Shown here piece after piece: positions 44,301 through 60,103 of a stretch of DNA of 64,000 nt; positions within the stretch are counted from its first letter, which is position 1; each line of letters begins with the position of its first letter. The notes under the pieces were generated by a model that was not told where the DNA came from, made no database searches, and saw nothing but the letters and a program-made list of their open reading frames with translations. Origin of the DNA: Eledone cirrhosa. Taxonomy: Eukaryota. The stretch spans positions 7,750,001 through 7,814,000 of the forward strand of contig OZ024759.1 of assembly GCA_964016885.1 (NCBI GenBank), in the 5' to 3' direction. A program made the translations under genes and the position numbers.

Positions 44301-45362
44301 GCTGGGTGTCCTTCCTAACACCACGTTACAGTGGGGACAGGGTGCATGGTTTCTAGAGCTGGGTGTCCTTCCTAACACCACGTTACCATAGGGACAGGGT
44401 GCATGGTTTCTAGAGCTGGGTGTCCTTCCTAACACCACGTTACAGTGGGGACAGGGTGCATGGTTTCTAGAGCTGGGTGTCCTTCCTAACACCACGTTAC
44501 AGTGGGGACAGGGTGCATGGTTTTTAGAGCTGGGTGTCCTTCCTAACACCACGTTACCATAGGGACAGGGTGCATGGTTTCTAGAGCTGGGTGTCCTTCC
44601 TAACACCACATTACAGTGGGGACAGGGTGCATGGTTTCTAGAGCTGGGTGTCCTTCCTAACACCACGTTACCATAGGGACAGGGTGCATGGTTTCTAGAG
44701 CTGGGTGTCCTTCCTAACACCACGTTACAGTGGGGACAGGGTGCATGGTTTCTAGAGCTGGGTGTCCTTCCTAACACCACGTTACCATAGGGACAGGGTG
44801 CATGGTTTCTAGAGCTGGGTGTCCTTCCTAACACCACGTTACAGTGGGGACAGGGTGCATGGTTTCTAGAGCTGGGTGTCCTTCCTAACACCACGTTACC
44901 ATAGGGACAGGGTGCATGGTTTCTAGAGCTGGGTGTCCTTCCTAACACCACGTTACAGTGGGGACAGGGTGCATGGTTTCTAGAGCTGGGTGTCCTTCCT
45001 AACACCACGTTACCATAGGGACAGGGTGCATGGTTTCTAGAGCTGGGTGTCCTTCCTAACACCACGTTACAGTGGGGACAGGGTGCATGGTTTCTAGAGC
45101 TGGGTGTCCTTCCTAACACCACGTTACCATAGGGACAGGGTGCATGGTTTCTAGAGCTGGGTGTCCTTCCTAACACCACGTTACAGTGGGGACAGGGTGC
45201 ATGGTTTCTAGAGCTGGGTGTCCTTCCTAACACCACGTTACAGTGGGGACAGGGTGCATGGTTTCTAGAGCTGGGTGTCCTTCCTAACACCACGTTACCA
45301 TAGGGACAGGGTGCATGGTTTCTAGAGCTGGGTGTCCTTCCTAACACCACATTACAATGGGG
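41400..45362. repeat. 57-bp tandem array, about 69 copies, derived from an RTE 3'-UTR-like sequence
   Basis: Unit GTCCTTCCTAACACCACGTTACAGTGGGGACAGGGTGCATGGTTTCTAGAGCTGGGT resembles ttctacagctggatgcccttcctaacacc...ttacagtg of the RTE tails. Preceded by an antisense tail at 41250-41400. Confidence 0.96.
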
Positions 45363-45632
45363 ACCAAATACTGCAAAACAATTTGTCCGACGCTGCATCA
45401 ATTCATTCAATCCACTGGTCAGCTGTTTCAAGACAAGCTGGTTATTAGTGGTGTTGTTGTTAATGTTGTTGTTGTTACTATTGTTGGTGTTGATGTTACT
45501 GTTGTTGTTACTGCTGTTGTTGATGTTATTGTTGTTGTTACTACTGTTGTAGTAACAACACTTAATTTTAAATCGTTAATTTTTAATTCTTTTTAATTCT
45601 TTTTAATTGTAATATTCAACATTTGATAAGAT

Positions 45633-45679
<47 letters not shown>

Positions 45680-45776
45680 CTTTTCCCTGCTTGCAAGCGT
45701 GGTATATATATATATATATATACACCACCCTTGCAAGCAGGGAAAAGCAGATGTAAAATGATGATGATGATATATA

Positions 45777-46284
45777 TCTATATATATATATATGTTGTAT
45801 TCCTGTTTGTTGGTTTGTTCACGAACTTCTCCAATGGTTTTGGAGATAGACCCCCCCCCCTCCCCATAACCATATATATTCTGAAACTACATTGCCCAGG
45901 GTACTTGGATAATTATATTTCATTTTAATGAAAGGGTTCCCCGGGGGCACAAACCCCCGGTGAAAATTTTTTCTCTTCGATTTATATGAAATTTAAACCA
46001 TAGGTAATTGACAAGATATGATGCCTATTCACAAAAGTTTTGAATTGATATTTAAAAAAAAAATATTTACAAGAAACAAAATGATAATAAGATTTAATAA
46101 TGTCATTTTGGTTTGATATATTACAAAAAATAATGTTTTCCAATTTTTCATGCATTACATTTTACATTGAGTAATATTGAAATGCAGATCTTTTCTCCAT
46201 AAATTATATCTCTGATTTAAAATCAATCACCATTTTCTTACAAAAAAAAATGTGTGAAACGCAGCAAGGCACGGGTAATTCGGT
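45777..46284 (+). mobile_element. Non-autonomous Helitron-like repeat (copy 2)
   Basis: 5' TC start, similarity to 4000-4490, and a 3' end with gcaaggcacgggtaattc. Confidence 0.55.
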
Positions 46285-46291
46285 GTATATA

Positions 46292-46626
46292 TCATCTTCA
46301 TCATTTTACGTCCGCTTTTCCCTGCTTGCAAGGGTGGGACGGGAACTGATTTTTTGGCTTGATTTCTACAGCTGGATGCCCTTCCTAACACCAACCTCAT
46401 TTACAGTGAGTGCTGGGTGCTTTTTTGCCATGGCACCTCCACGACCACTTTGCAGTGGAATGATAGGGACCCCAGTCCCTATCATCTCATTTCTACAGCT
46501 GAATAAACTGGAGCAATGTGAAATAAAGTATCTTGCTCAAGGAAACAACACATCACCCGGTCTGAAAATTCAACTCACAACCTTTCGATTGCAAGGCCAA
46601 TGCTCTAACCACTAAGCCATGTGCCT
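46292..46626 (-). mobile_element. Full-length tRNA-derived SINE with RTE-B tail
   Basis: Reverse complement of 56003-56333. Confidence 0.88.
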
Positions 46627-46632
46627 CTCTCC

Positions 46633-46800
<168 letters not shown>

Positions 46801-47014
46801 TTAATAAAAACATGAATACACCAATTTCACAATTGAAGGATCAATATATTTCTTTAATTATATATATATATATATACAATATATTAATACTATACTGGAA
46901 ACTATATTTATAAAACCATAATTATTTTATAAAATAGTGCTTTATATCAGTTATAAACTTTTAAGCTTGTTGGAATCCCAACAAATTAAATATAACTTCT
47001 GCATGTATATATAC

Positions 47015-47066
<52 letters not shown>

Positions 47067-47150
47067 TACCTGTTTGATATGGTAGTCAAAATGTAGGACT
47101 TGTTTACAAAGGTGTATAATATCTGAGAGGTTGTTAACTCCAGCCACCTC

Positions 47151-47183
<33 letters not shown>

Positions 47184-47270
47184 TCCCCCCCCCTCTCTCT
47201 CTCTCTCCCCCTCCCACTCTCTCTCTCTCACACACTCTCTCTCTCTCTCTCTCACACTCTCTCTCTCACA

Positions 47271-47309
<39 letters not shown>

Positions 47310-47320
47310 ATATATATATA

Positions 47321-47444
47321 TCGAAACAGCTTGAGCTCAGCCGTCGGGGTCCTACTCGTTCCTATTACCCACTCTACTACCCTAAGTGTTGAGTACTTTG
47401 GTGCGTTATGGTCCACCTGGTTTCTTACCACATTTCCTTCGTTA
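47321..47444 (+). mobile_element. PLE pLTR 3' fragment (3' half of the hammerhead)
   Basis: tcgaaacagcttgagctcagccgtcggggt...ttccttcgtta is the reverse complement of 50789-50912; lies between (TA)n tracts. Confidence 0.85.
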
Positions 47445-47456
47445 TATATATATATA

Positions 47457-50127
47457 TCATCATCATCATCATCATCATACGTTCGCTTTTCCCTGCTTGC
47501 AAGGGTGGGATGGGTCCTATTCAGCACAGCATCTCTCCACTTGTCACGGTCCCTCGTCATCTCCACCGTGAGCTTCAATGATCTGAGGTCTGTTCTCACC
47601 ACCTCCACCCATGTTTTTCGTGGTCTACCTCTACCATGTCTTCCTTCAACTGGCAATTCCTGGCACTTCTTCACTCATCGGTCATCCTCCATGCACATCA
47701 CATGTCCATACCACCTCAGTCTCCTCTCCCGTACACTACATTCTATCCCTCTCAGACACAGTTTCTCTCTCAACACATTCAAGCTGGGTCGTTCACGCAC
47801 ATTTACACTGCACATCCAATGGAGCATGCTTGCCTCATTTTTCTCCAGCCGTCGCATAGCCTCTGCAGTTGCTGCCCATGTCACACTACCATGCAGCATC
47901 GCGCTCCTCACACAGGCATCATATAACCGGCCTTTCGTATGCAGGGAGAAACATTTCTTCGTCAGCAGAGGAAGCAGCTCCCTAAACTTCTTCCAACTCA
48001 TCAACACTTTTATCTTAGCTAGATTTACTCTCAGTCCTCTTGCTTCCAACTGCTGTTTCCATATCCAGAATGTATTCTCTAGCTCCTCTACTGATTCTGC
48101 TATAAGAACCAGATCGTCAGCATAGAGAAGTTCCCATGGACAGCCAGTCTTAAACTCCTCTGTTATGGCTTGGACGTCTATAATGAACAAGAGCGGGCTG
48201 AGGACCGAATCTTTATGTACTCCTACTTGTATCTGGAATTCCTCACTAAACTCCATTCCTACCCTGACTTTACTGACAGTACCTCTGTACAAAGTTTGCA
48301 CTGTCCTCACAAGCCATTCCTCAACACCTAGCTTCCTTAGGGACCACCAGATGACAGATCGGGGTACCCTATCAAAGGCCTTCTCTAGGTCAACAAAGGC
48401 TAAGTATAGTGGCTTATTTTTCTCTAAGAACCTCTCTTGTAATTGTCTCACCAAGAAGAGGGCATCTGTTGTACTCTTCCCAGGCACAAAACAAAACTGC
48501 ATCTCATCTAGTTTGACCCTTTCTCTAATTAGTTGTGCTAATATCCTTTCTGCCACTTTCATAACCTGATCTATCAGTTTTATACCCCTATAATTGCTCC
48601 TCTCCAGAGCATCCCCTTTACCTTTGTAGCAATTTATGAGAATACTGCTGCACCCAGTCTTTGGGTATGACACCACCATATATAGCCTGATTGATGATGC
48701 TTGCAACTAGTTTAGTGCCTACGTCCCCTGGTGCCTTCAGCATCTCAGCAACTATCCCCGATGGTCCAGCAGCCTTACCATTTTTCATTTCTTTAATCGC
48801 CTCTTGGACCCTATATTCGTCAATCTCAATAGCTGGTCCCTCTGTCGGATCTACTGGGGGTAATTTCTCTCCTTCCCATTCGTTCTCCACATTCAGTCTC
48901 TCATAATGACATTTCAAGGCCTCCTTTTTCTGATCATTCATGACACTAAGTACACCGGCATCATTCCGGACACATTTATCTCCAACAACATCCTGATTTG
49001 CATTGACACATTGCCTTGCAATGTGGACATTTTTCTCGTCGCAGAACATTGGCAAACCTCCTACTCTCAGCCTCCCTGCGTGCTAAGTACACCTGACGTC
49101 TAGCTTCTCTCTTAGTGGCTGTATATTCTTCCCTACTCCCACCCTTTTTCCAAGCCTTCCATGCTAGTCTTTTGTCTCTAATAGCCTTATCTACTGTGCT
49201 GTTCCACCACCAGGTCACTCTCTGTCTGGTTGGAGCTCTGCTCCAGCCACAAGTTTCATCAGTAGCCTGCAGTAAGTTGTCACGTAAGCAATTCCAGTTA
49301 TTATTTATGTCATACGTCTCTAAATCATCTTCTTTTTTGTCATACACATCTTAAAGGGCTTTCCTAAATTTGTATTTTAGTGAAAGGTCTTTTAGCTTCC
49401 AGACCTTTCTTCTCCACACCTTCCTGTATGTCTCATTCCATCTCTTGCTTACTGAGATATCACTAACAACTAACCTATGCTGTGGAGTACATTCTTCCCC
49501 AGGGTATGCCTTGGTATTAGACACTATCTGCCTGTCCCGCTGCCTAACTAGTAAGAAGTCAATCTGGCTTACGTGCTCACCAGATTTGTAGGTTATTAGG
49601 TGATTGGCAGGTTTCTGGAAGTGTGTGTTGCAAATAGTGTACTTCCATCACAAAATTCAAGAAGTCTCACTCCTTCTTCATTTCTTGAACCGTAACCGTG
49701 CCCACCATGTACCCCAGTGTAACCATCCTGGAGATGTCCAACATGACCATTGAAGTCTCCTGCTAGCATAACGATGTCTCCGTCCTCTGTCATTGTGGTT
49801 GTTTGTAAAAGTTGCTCGTAAAAGCAGTCTTTCTCATCTTTGCCTAGGCCTGCTTGGGGAACATAGGCAGAGATGATTGTCTGTAGTCCCCTGCCTACAA
49901 CTAATCTAAGCTTAATTATTCGATTACTAACTCGAACTACCTCTATTGTCTTATTGATCCATCTATCAGCCAGGAAAATGCCTACTCCCCCTAACCCATC
50001 ATCATTACCCACCCAGAAAAGCTTATAGCTAAGACGTTTGCCTACGACTAGTCTCGCAGAGGCACCTCTCCATCTCACCTCTTGCACGCAGCACACATCC
50101 ACATGCCTTCTCTCCAGCATCTCCGCT
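47457..50127 (-). mobile_element. RTE LINE family B, nearly full length but frameshifted (APE endonuclease plus RT)
   Basis: DVCCVQEVRWRG, GGVG, ISAYVPQ and GDFNGHVG endonuclease motifs; FVDLEKAFD and LLYADDL; internal deletion after KIKVLM; (GAT)n tail. Confidence 0.95.
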
Positions 50128-50138
50128 ATATATATATA

Positions 50139-50292
50139 TATATCAACTAGAATCAGATTGACATATATATATATGAAATAAACATATGGAACAATCACAG
50201 GGAATAATCTTTAATCTTTACAGATTATTCCCTGTGATTGTTCCATATGTTTATTTTATATATATTTATGTCAATATATTTCTAGTTGATAT
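50139..50292. repeat. Inverted repeat (about 70-bp arms, 11-nt loop)
   Basis: aaataaacatatggaacaatcacagggaataatct pairs with agattattccctgtgattgttccatatgtttattt. Confidence 0.88.
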
Positions 50293-50882
50293 GTAATGTT
50301 CGGCTGTATTCATTGGAAGCTTTGAGCTTATTCTGCAGTGGATATGGCGCATGTCTCTCAGACATGACAACTCTTAATTTAATTTTGGATATATATATAT
50401 GTATATATATGTATGTATATATATATATGTATATATATATGTATGTATATATATATATATGTATATATATGTATGTAGTATTAATTATACTATTTATGGT
50501 TATGTAAATACAAAAACCTTTTGCAGTTATATATATTTTTTTATACAAACCTTAAATAGTGGTAGGCAGTAATATATTACTACCTTATTACCAGTAAGTT
50601 AAGTAATGTATGTATATATATATATATATGTATGTATATATATATATATATACATATGTATGCAAGCAGGGAAAAAGCGGACGTAAAATGAAATGATATA
50701 TGTGTATATATATATATATGTATATATACACATATATACATATATATATATGTATATATATATGTATATATATATATATATATATGTATAACGAAGGAAA
50801 TGTGTTAAGGAACCAGGTGGACCATAACGCACCAAAGTACTCGATACTTAGGGTAGTAGAGTGGGTAATAGGAACAAGTAAG

Positions 50883-50976
50883 ACCCCGATGGCTGAGCTC
50901 AAGCCGTTTCGACGGCTAATTCTGTACTGAATGAAAATTTATTCTGGTATTTAAATAGCCGAACTTATCAAGGGGT
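50883..50976 (-). ncRNA. Type I hammerhead motif, inverted-pLTR copy
   Basis: Same fold. Stem II CGGCTA/TAGCCG is perfect in this copy; triplet AUC with one stem III mismatch. Confidence 0.7.
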
Positions 50977-51250
50977 AATTCCATATATGGTCAAAGAGAT
51001 AATCACCAGGATTGGTCACATCACATGTTAGTAGTAAATCTGTGATGGCTAGTTGGTGGGGGAAGGGGTAGCTAAACCTGCAGGTATGAGAAAAAGGGAG
51101 AGGGGGTGGAGTAGACCCATTCATGCGTTGGTAGTGCCAGCTACAGCTGGGTGTGAGGTCAAAGAGGATACTGGGGAGGGGGAGGAAGTCGAAACGGTAA
51201 GTAGAACATGAAAGGTAAAACTATAAAAGGTACTGAGAGAGAGAAAAAAA

Positions 51251-52162
51251 AACATCCACCGCCGATCTAACCATCCTAGGAACATCACCAACAACCTGGT
51301 CAAAAACATCTCCCTCCGTATATCCCGTTTGTCAGCTAATGAGAAGATATTCGATGAACATACGCCTTACTACAACCAGGCCCTTAAGCGGAGTGATTTC
51401 CGGGAGGAAATATCCTACTGTCCAGCTCCCATTAGCGGAACCAGCAGGCGACACTGCCGCTCACGTAATGTAACATGGTTCAATCCTCCCCACAACGCCG
51501 AGGTGACAACTCCCATCGGGAAAATTTTCTTTAGGCTCATTGAAAAACACTTCCCATTACAACACCGCTACCACAACATAATTAACAAAAATACCATCAA
51601 ACTCTCTTACAGCACTACACCTAACTTCGCACAAAACATTGTCTCCTCCAACAACAAAAAACTCAACCCCGATGGAAGAAACAACCTAAATAGCAGTGGA
51701 GAGCCGACCAGGAGGTGCAACTGTCCTGATGGATCCAGTTGCCCCCTCGACAACAGATGCAGAGACCGTAATGTGATCTACCAGTGCAACGCGAGCACGG
51801 ACACCTCCAACAAAGCCTATATAGGACTTACCGCATGCGACTTCAAGACCCGGCTATACCAACACAGACATACCTTCCGAAACCCGGCCCGGCGTCACGC
51901 CACTACACTTTCGGGCCACATATGGGACCTCAAGGACAACAACATCAACTATGATCTCACTTGGAGATTACTGTCCAGAGCCAATTCTTACACGGGAGGA
52001 CGCTGTCCGTGCAATTTATGCTCGGAGGAAACATTACAAATGTTGTTTTCGACGGACCAACTCCTAAACAAGAAAGATGAACTGGTTACTGCATGTAAAC
52101 ACCGATTACGTAGGACTTACCTCGCCCTCAAACCCCATAATGACCCGGGGGGGGGGGGTTAG
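51251..52162 (+). CDS. PLE ORF 3' part: RT C-terminus, Cys-rich linker, GIY-YIG endonuclease
   Basis: IHRRSNHP...; RNVTWFNPP; CNCPDGSSCPLDNRC; NVIYQC...AYIGLT...FKTRLYQH; CNLCSEE; LLNKKDE. No stops; no start codon because the copy is truncated. Confidence 0.88.
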   Translation, partial: NIHRRSNHPRNITNNLVKNISLRISRLSANEKIFDEHTPYYNQALKRSDFREEISYCPAPISGTSRRHCRSRNVTWFNPPHNAEVTTPIGKIFFRLIEKHFPLQHRYHNIINKNTIKLSYSTTPNFAQNIVSSNNKKLNPDGRNNLNSSGEPTRRCNCPDGSSCPLDNRCRDRNVIYQCNASTDTSNKAYIGLTACDFKTRLYQHRHTFRNPARRHATTLSGHIWDLKDNNINYDLTWRLLSRANSYTGGRCPCNLCSEETLQMLFSTDQLLNKKDELVTACKHRLRRTYLALKPHNDPGGGG

Positions 52163-52830
52163 ACTAGGGCTATAACACCCCACTTGCCTAGTATTCTCGT
52201 ACTAGTTTACTTTCTTGCCCTGGGTGGTTGCTGGCCCTGTGATTGGGGTAGAAACCTTTATTATTTTCGTGGTAGTCTCTTTAGTATTCTGGCCCCCCCC
52301 CTTTGTTGACCCGTCACCGTACGATACACGCACTTATAACTCGTATAAGGGTCCCTTTATTTCCGTCCCACCTAGTTTATTCCTATTATTATTATTTATT
52401 TTTTTATTCTACATTATATATATATATATATATATTTTTTTTTTTTTAAATTTATTTATCTATTCTTTTATTCACTTATTTGTTTGTTTATTTATTTATG
52501 TATTTCTTTAGCCTAGCTATAGCGAGAGACTTATGTCCTAGTAACCAGATTTTGCTTATTTTTCTCTCTCTCAGTACCTTTTATAGTTTTACCTTTCATG
52601 TTCTACTTACCGTTTCGACTTCCTCCCCCTCCCCAGTATCCTCTTTGACCTCACACCCAGCTGTAGCTGGCACTACCAACGCATGAATGGGTCTACTCCA
52701 CCCCCTCTCCCTTTTTCTCATACCGGCAGGTTTAGCTACCCCTTCCCCCACCAACTTGACATCACAGATTTACTACTAACTTGTGATGTGACCAATCCTG
52801 GTGATTATCTCTTTGACCATATATGGAATT

Positions 52831-52924
52831 ACCCCTTGATAAGTTCGGCTATTTAAATACCAGAATAAATGTTCATTCAGTACAGAATTAGGCGTCGAAA
52901 CGGCTTGAGCTCAACCGTCGGGGT
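52831..52924 (+). ncRNA. Type I hammerhead ribozyme motif, U3-A8 core variant
   Basis: Stem I ACCCC/GGGGT; core TTGATAA 52836-52842; long stem II; GAAA 52897-52900; stem III ACGG...CCGT with GAGCTC palindrome; GUC cut after 52919. Confidence 0.75.
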
Positions 52925-52984
52925 CTTACTTGTTCCTATATATATGTATATGTATATATATATGTATATATATATGTATGTATA

Positions 52985-53288
52985 TCATCATCATCATCAT
53001 CATCATTTTACGTCCGCATTTCCCTGCTTGCAAGGGTGGGACGGGAACTGATTCTGGCTTGATTTCTACAGCTGGATTCTCTTCCTAACACCAACCTCAT
53101 GTACAGTGAGGGTTGGGTGCTTTTTTACCATGGCACCTCCATGACCACTTTGCAGAGCTGTGTAAACTGGAGCAATGTGAAATAAAGTGTCTTGCTCAAG
53201 GAAACAACACATCACCCGGTCTGAGAATTGAACTCACAACTTTTCGATTGCAAGGCCAATGCTCTAACCACTAAGCCATGTGCCTCCA
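52985..53288 (-). mobile_element. tRNA-derived SINE with RTE-B tail
   Basis: Reverse complement of 56003-56333 with an internal deletion. Confidence 0.88.
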
Positions 53289-53292
53289 TATA

Positions 53293-53342
<50 letters not shown>

Positions 53343-53402
53343 TGTATGTATATATATATATATATATATGTATGTATATATATATATGTATGTATATATA
53401 TA

Positions 53403-53433
<31 letters not shown>

Positions 53434-53454
53434 GTGTATATATATATATATGTG

Positions 53455-53486
<32 letters not shown>

Positions 53487-53588
53487 AATATATATATGTA
53501 TATATATGTATATATATATATGTATATATATATATGTATATATATGTATATATATATATGTATATATATATATGTATATATATATATG

Positions 53589-53619
<31 letters not shown>

Positions 53620-53726
53620 GTATGTATATATATATATATGTGTGTGTATATATATATATATATATGTGTATATATATATGTGTGTGTATATATATATATA
53701 TATATGTGTATATATATATATATGTG

Positions 53727-53779
<53 letters not shown>

Positions 53780-53780
53780 G

Positions 53781-53845
<65 letters not shown>

Positions 53846-53860
53846 GTGTATATATATATA

Positions 53861-53935
<75 letters not shown>

Positions 53936-53936
53936 G

Positions 53937-54031
<95 letters not shown>

Positions 54032-54072
54032 GTATATATATATGTATATATATATATATGTATATATATATG

Positions 54073-54119
<47 letters not shown>

Positions 54120-54120
54120 G

Positions 54121-54167
<47 letters not shown>

Positions 54168-54474
54168 GTATATATATATATGTATATATGTATATATATG
54201 TATATATATATATGTATATGTATATATATGTATATATATATATGTATATGTATATATATGTATGTATATATATGTATATATATATATGTATATATATGTA
54301 TATATATATATGTATATATATATATGTATATATATATATATGTGTATATATATATGTATATGTATATATATGTGTATATATATATGTATATATATATATA
54401 TGTGTATATATATATGTATATGTATATATATGTATATATATATATGTATATATATATATATGTGTATATATATG

Positions 54475-54505
<31 letters not shown>

Positions 54506-54520
54506 GTATATATATATATG

Positions 54521-54569
<49 letters not shown>

Positions 54570-54604
54570 GTGTATATATATATATGTATATATATATATA
54601 TGTG

Positions 54605-54637
<33 letters not shown>

Positions 54638-54718
54638 GTATATATATATTTATATATATATGTATATATGTATGTATATATGTATATATGTATATATATA
54701 TGTATATATGTATATATG

Positions 54719-54753
<35 letters not shown>

Positions 54754-54780
54754 GTATATATGTATATATATATATATATG
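53289..54780. repeat. (TA)n/(TG) microsatellite
   Basis: Direct inspection. Confidence 0.97.
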
Positions 54781-54784
54781 TAAC

Positions 54785-55127
54785 TTTGAATAACTTTGAA
54801 ATGTTTTGGCCAGTATTGGCCCAGGCCATGTCTAACTTAATAGCACCACCTGGCGAAGTCTTTCAATTCAGGATTTGGGCACCATGGCCCATTCGAGAAG
54901 AGAATTACTGTTTGCGAAGATATATCCGGGTGTGGGTGGTTTGTCCGGGATTACTTGGAGGAATTTGTCCAAAGACTTCTTGAATTTTGTGTGGTCAGTT
55001 TCTGTTTTGACGTGTCCTGGTGTGATGTTGAAGAGAGCAGGGCCGATTGGGGTGAAATAATTGTGCCGTATTGTTGTTATGAGTTGCGATTTAGATTTTT
55101 GAATGGGACGGATAGCACGGGGCCCAT
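54785..55127 (-). mobile_element. CR1/Crack-like LINE 3' end
   Basis: GPALFNITP...[19 protein letters not shown]...NSNSL, then stop. Confidence 0.7.
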
Positions 55128-56000
<873 letters not shown>

Positions 56001-56002
56001 TA

Positions 56003-56333
56003 GGAGGCACATGGCTTAGTGGTTAAAGCATTGGCCTTGCAATCGAAAGGTTGTGAGTTCAATTCTCAGACCGGGTCATGTGTTGTTTCCTTGAGCAAGA
56101 CACTTTATTTCACATTGTTCCAGTTTACTCAGCTGTAGAAATGAGATGATAGGGACTGGGGTCTCTATCATTCCACTGCAAAGTGGACGTGGAGGTGCCA
56201 CGGCAAAAAAAGCACCCAGCACTCACTGTAAATGAGGTTGGTGTTAGGAAGGGCATCCAGCTGTAGAAATCAAGCCAGAATCAGTTCCCGTCCCACCCTT
56301 GCAAGCAGGGAAAAGCGGACGTAAAATGAAATG
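56003..56333 (+). mobile_element. Full-length tRNA-derived SINE sharing its 3' end with RTE family B
   Basis: A-box tggcttagtgg, B-box gagttcaattct, ccttgagcaagacact core; tail cccgtcccacccttgcaagcagggaaaagcggacgtaaaatg is identical to 60539-60580. Confidence 0.9.
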
Positions 56334-56447
56334 AATATATTTTTTGTATATATATGTATACATATATATATATGTATACATATATGTATACATATATATA
56401 TATACATATATATATACATATATATATGTATATATGTATATATATAC

Positions 56448-56910
56448 ATGGGAAAATATTGCTGCTAATCGTAATAAATGGAGAAAGACTGTATATGAGG
56501 GAAAAGTTGCTTTTGAGGCATCTCGAATCGCATACGAGAAAGTAAAGCGCGATGTGAGGAAGGGCATTGCTGTTGCACTTCCAGACGGCGAGGGTCCTCC
56601 TATGGTGCTGACATGCAGCGTATGTGCGAGACTCTGCCTAAGCAAAGCTGGACTCGAAAGTCATCTTCGCAGTCATAAAGTAAGACCAGTGGTTGACTAC
56701 CAGGCTGCTGTTGGAGATGCTACTCATCATGCTTGCCAAACATGTGGTGGAGAATGTAAATCAGCAGGAGGGCTCAAGCGACATGCAAAAGTACACGAAC
56801 TCCAACCACAGCCGACTATTCCCAGTGAATGTTTTGGTTGCCAACTCTGTGCAAGACATTTTAGATCATTGGCTGGGCTAAAAAGCCACATTCGATCGCA
56901 GCACTGTTAG
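56448..56910 (+). mobile_element. RTE-type LINE C-terminus with three C2H2-like zinc fingers
   Basis: WENIAANRNKWR...FE..R....KR..RK, then CSVC-x12-HLRSH, CQTC-x12-HAKVH and CQLC-x12-HIRSQH. Confidence 0.75.
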
Positions 56911-57021
56911 TTGTTATCGTGCATGTGTGTGTGTGTGTGTAGATATGCTTATGTGCGTGCGTGTGTATATATATATGAATATGTATATTATTATTGTTGT
57001 TGTCGTTATTATTATTATTGC

Positions 57022-57052
<31 letters not shown>

Positions 57053-57244
57053 GTTATTAATGTATGTGTGTGTGTGTATATGTGTGTGTGTATGTGTATG
57101 TATGTGTGTATGTATATATGTATGTATATATATATATATATATTTCTTTTTTTTTTTTATTTATTTATTATTATTATTATTATTATTTTTTTTTTTTCTT
57201 CTCGTGCAATGGCCATACTCGATAACGAGGGGGCAGCCATCATC

Positions 57245-59894
<2,650 letters not shown>

Positions 59895-59923
59895 GTATAT
59901 ATATATATGTATATACATATATG

Positions 59924-60020
<97 letters not shown>

Positions 60021-60103
60021 GTATATATATATATGTATGTATGTATATATATATATATATGTATGTATGTATATATATGTATGTATGTATATATATATAT
60101 ATA

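Larger units (their letters stand above)
50789..52939 (+). mobile_element. Penelope-like retroelement, 5'-truncated, with inverted pLTR
   Basis: 50868-51250 is the reverse complement of 52559-52939, bracketing an RT-thumb/GIY-YIG ORF. (TA)n on both sides. Confidence 0.92.

Noticed and set aside
41316-45431. 1371-aa Cys/His-rich repeat ORF (and 442-aa ORF on +)
   Set aside because: Translation of a 57-bp (3n) stop-free satellite derived from a LINE UTR-like sequence in an intron; no coding signal.
56003-56075. tRNA gene
   Set aside because: A/B boxes are present, but it is a SINE head running into core and LINE tail with no complete cloverleaf; the same applies to the other SINE heads.
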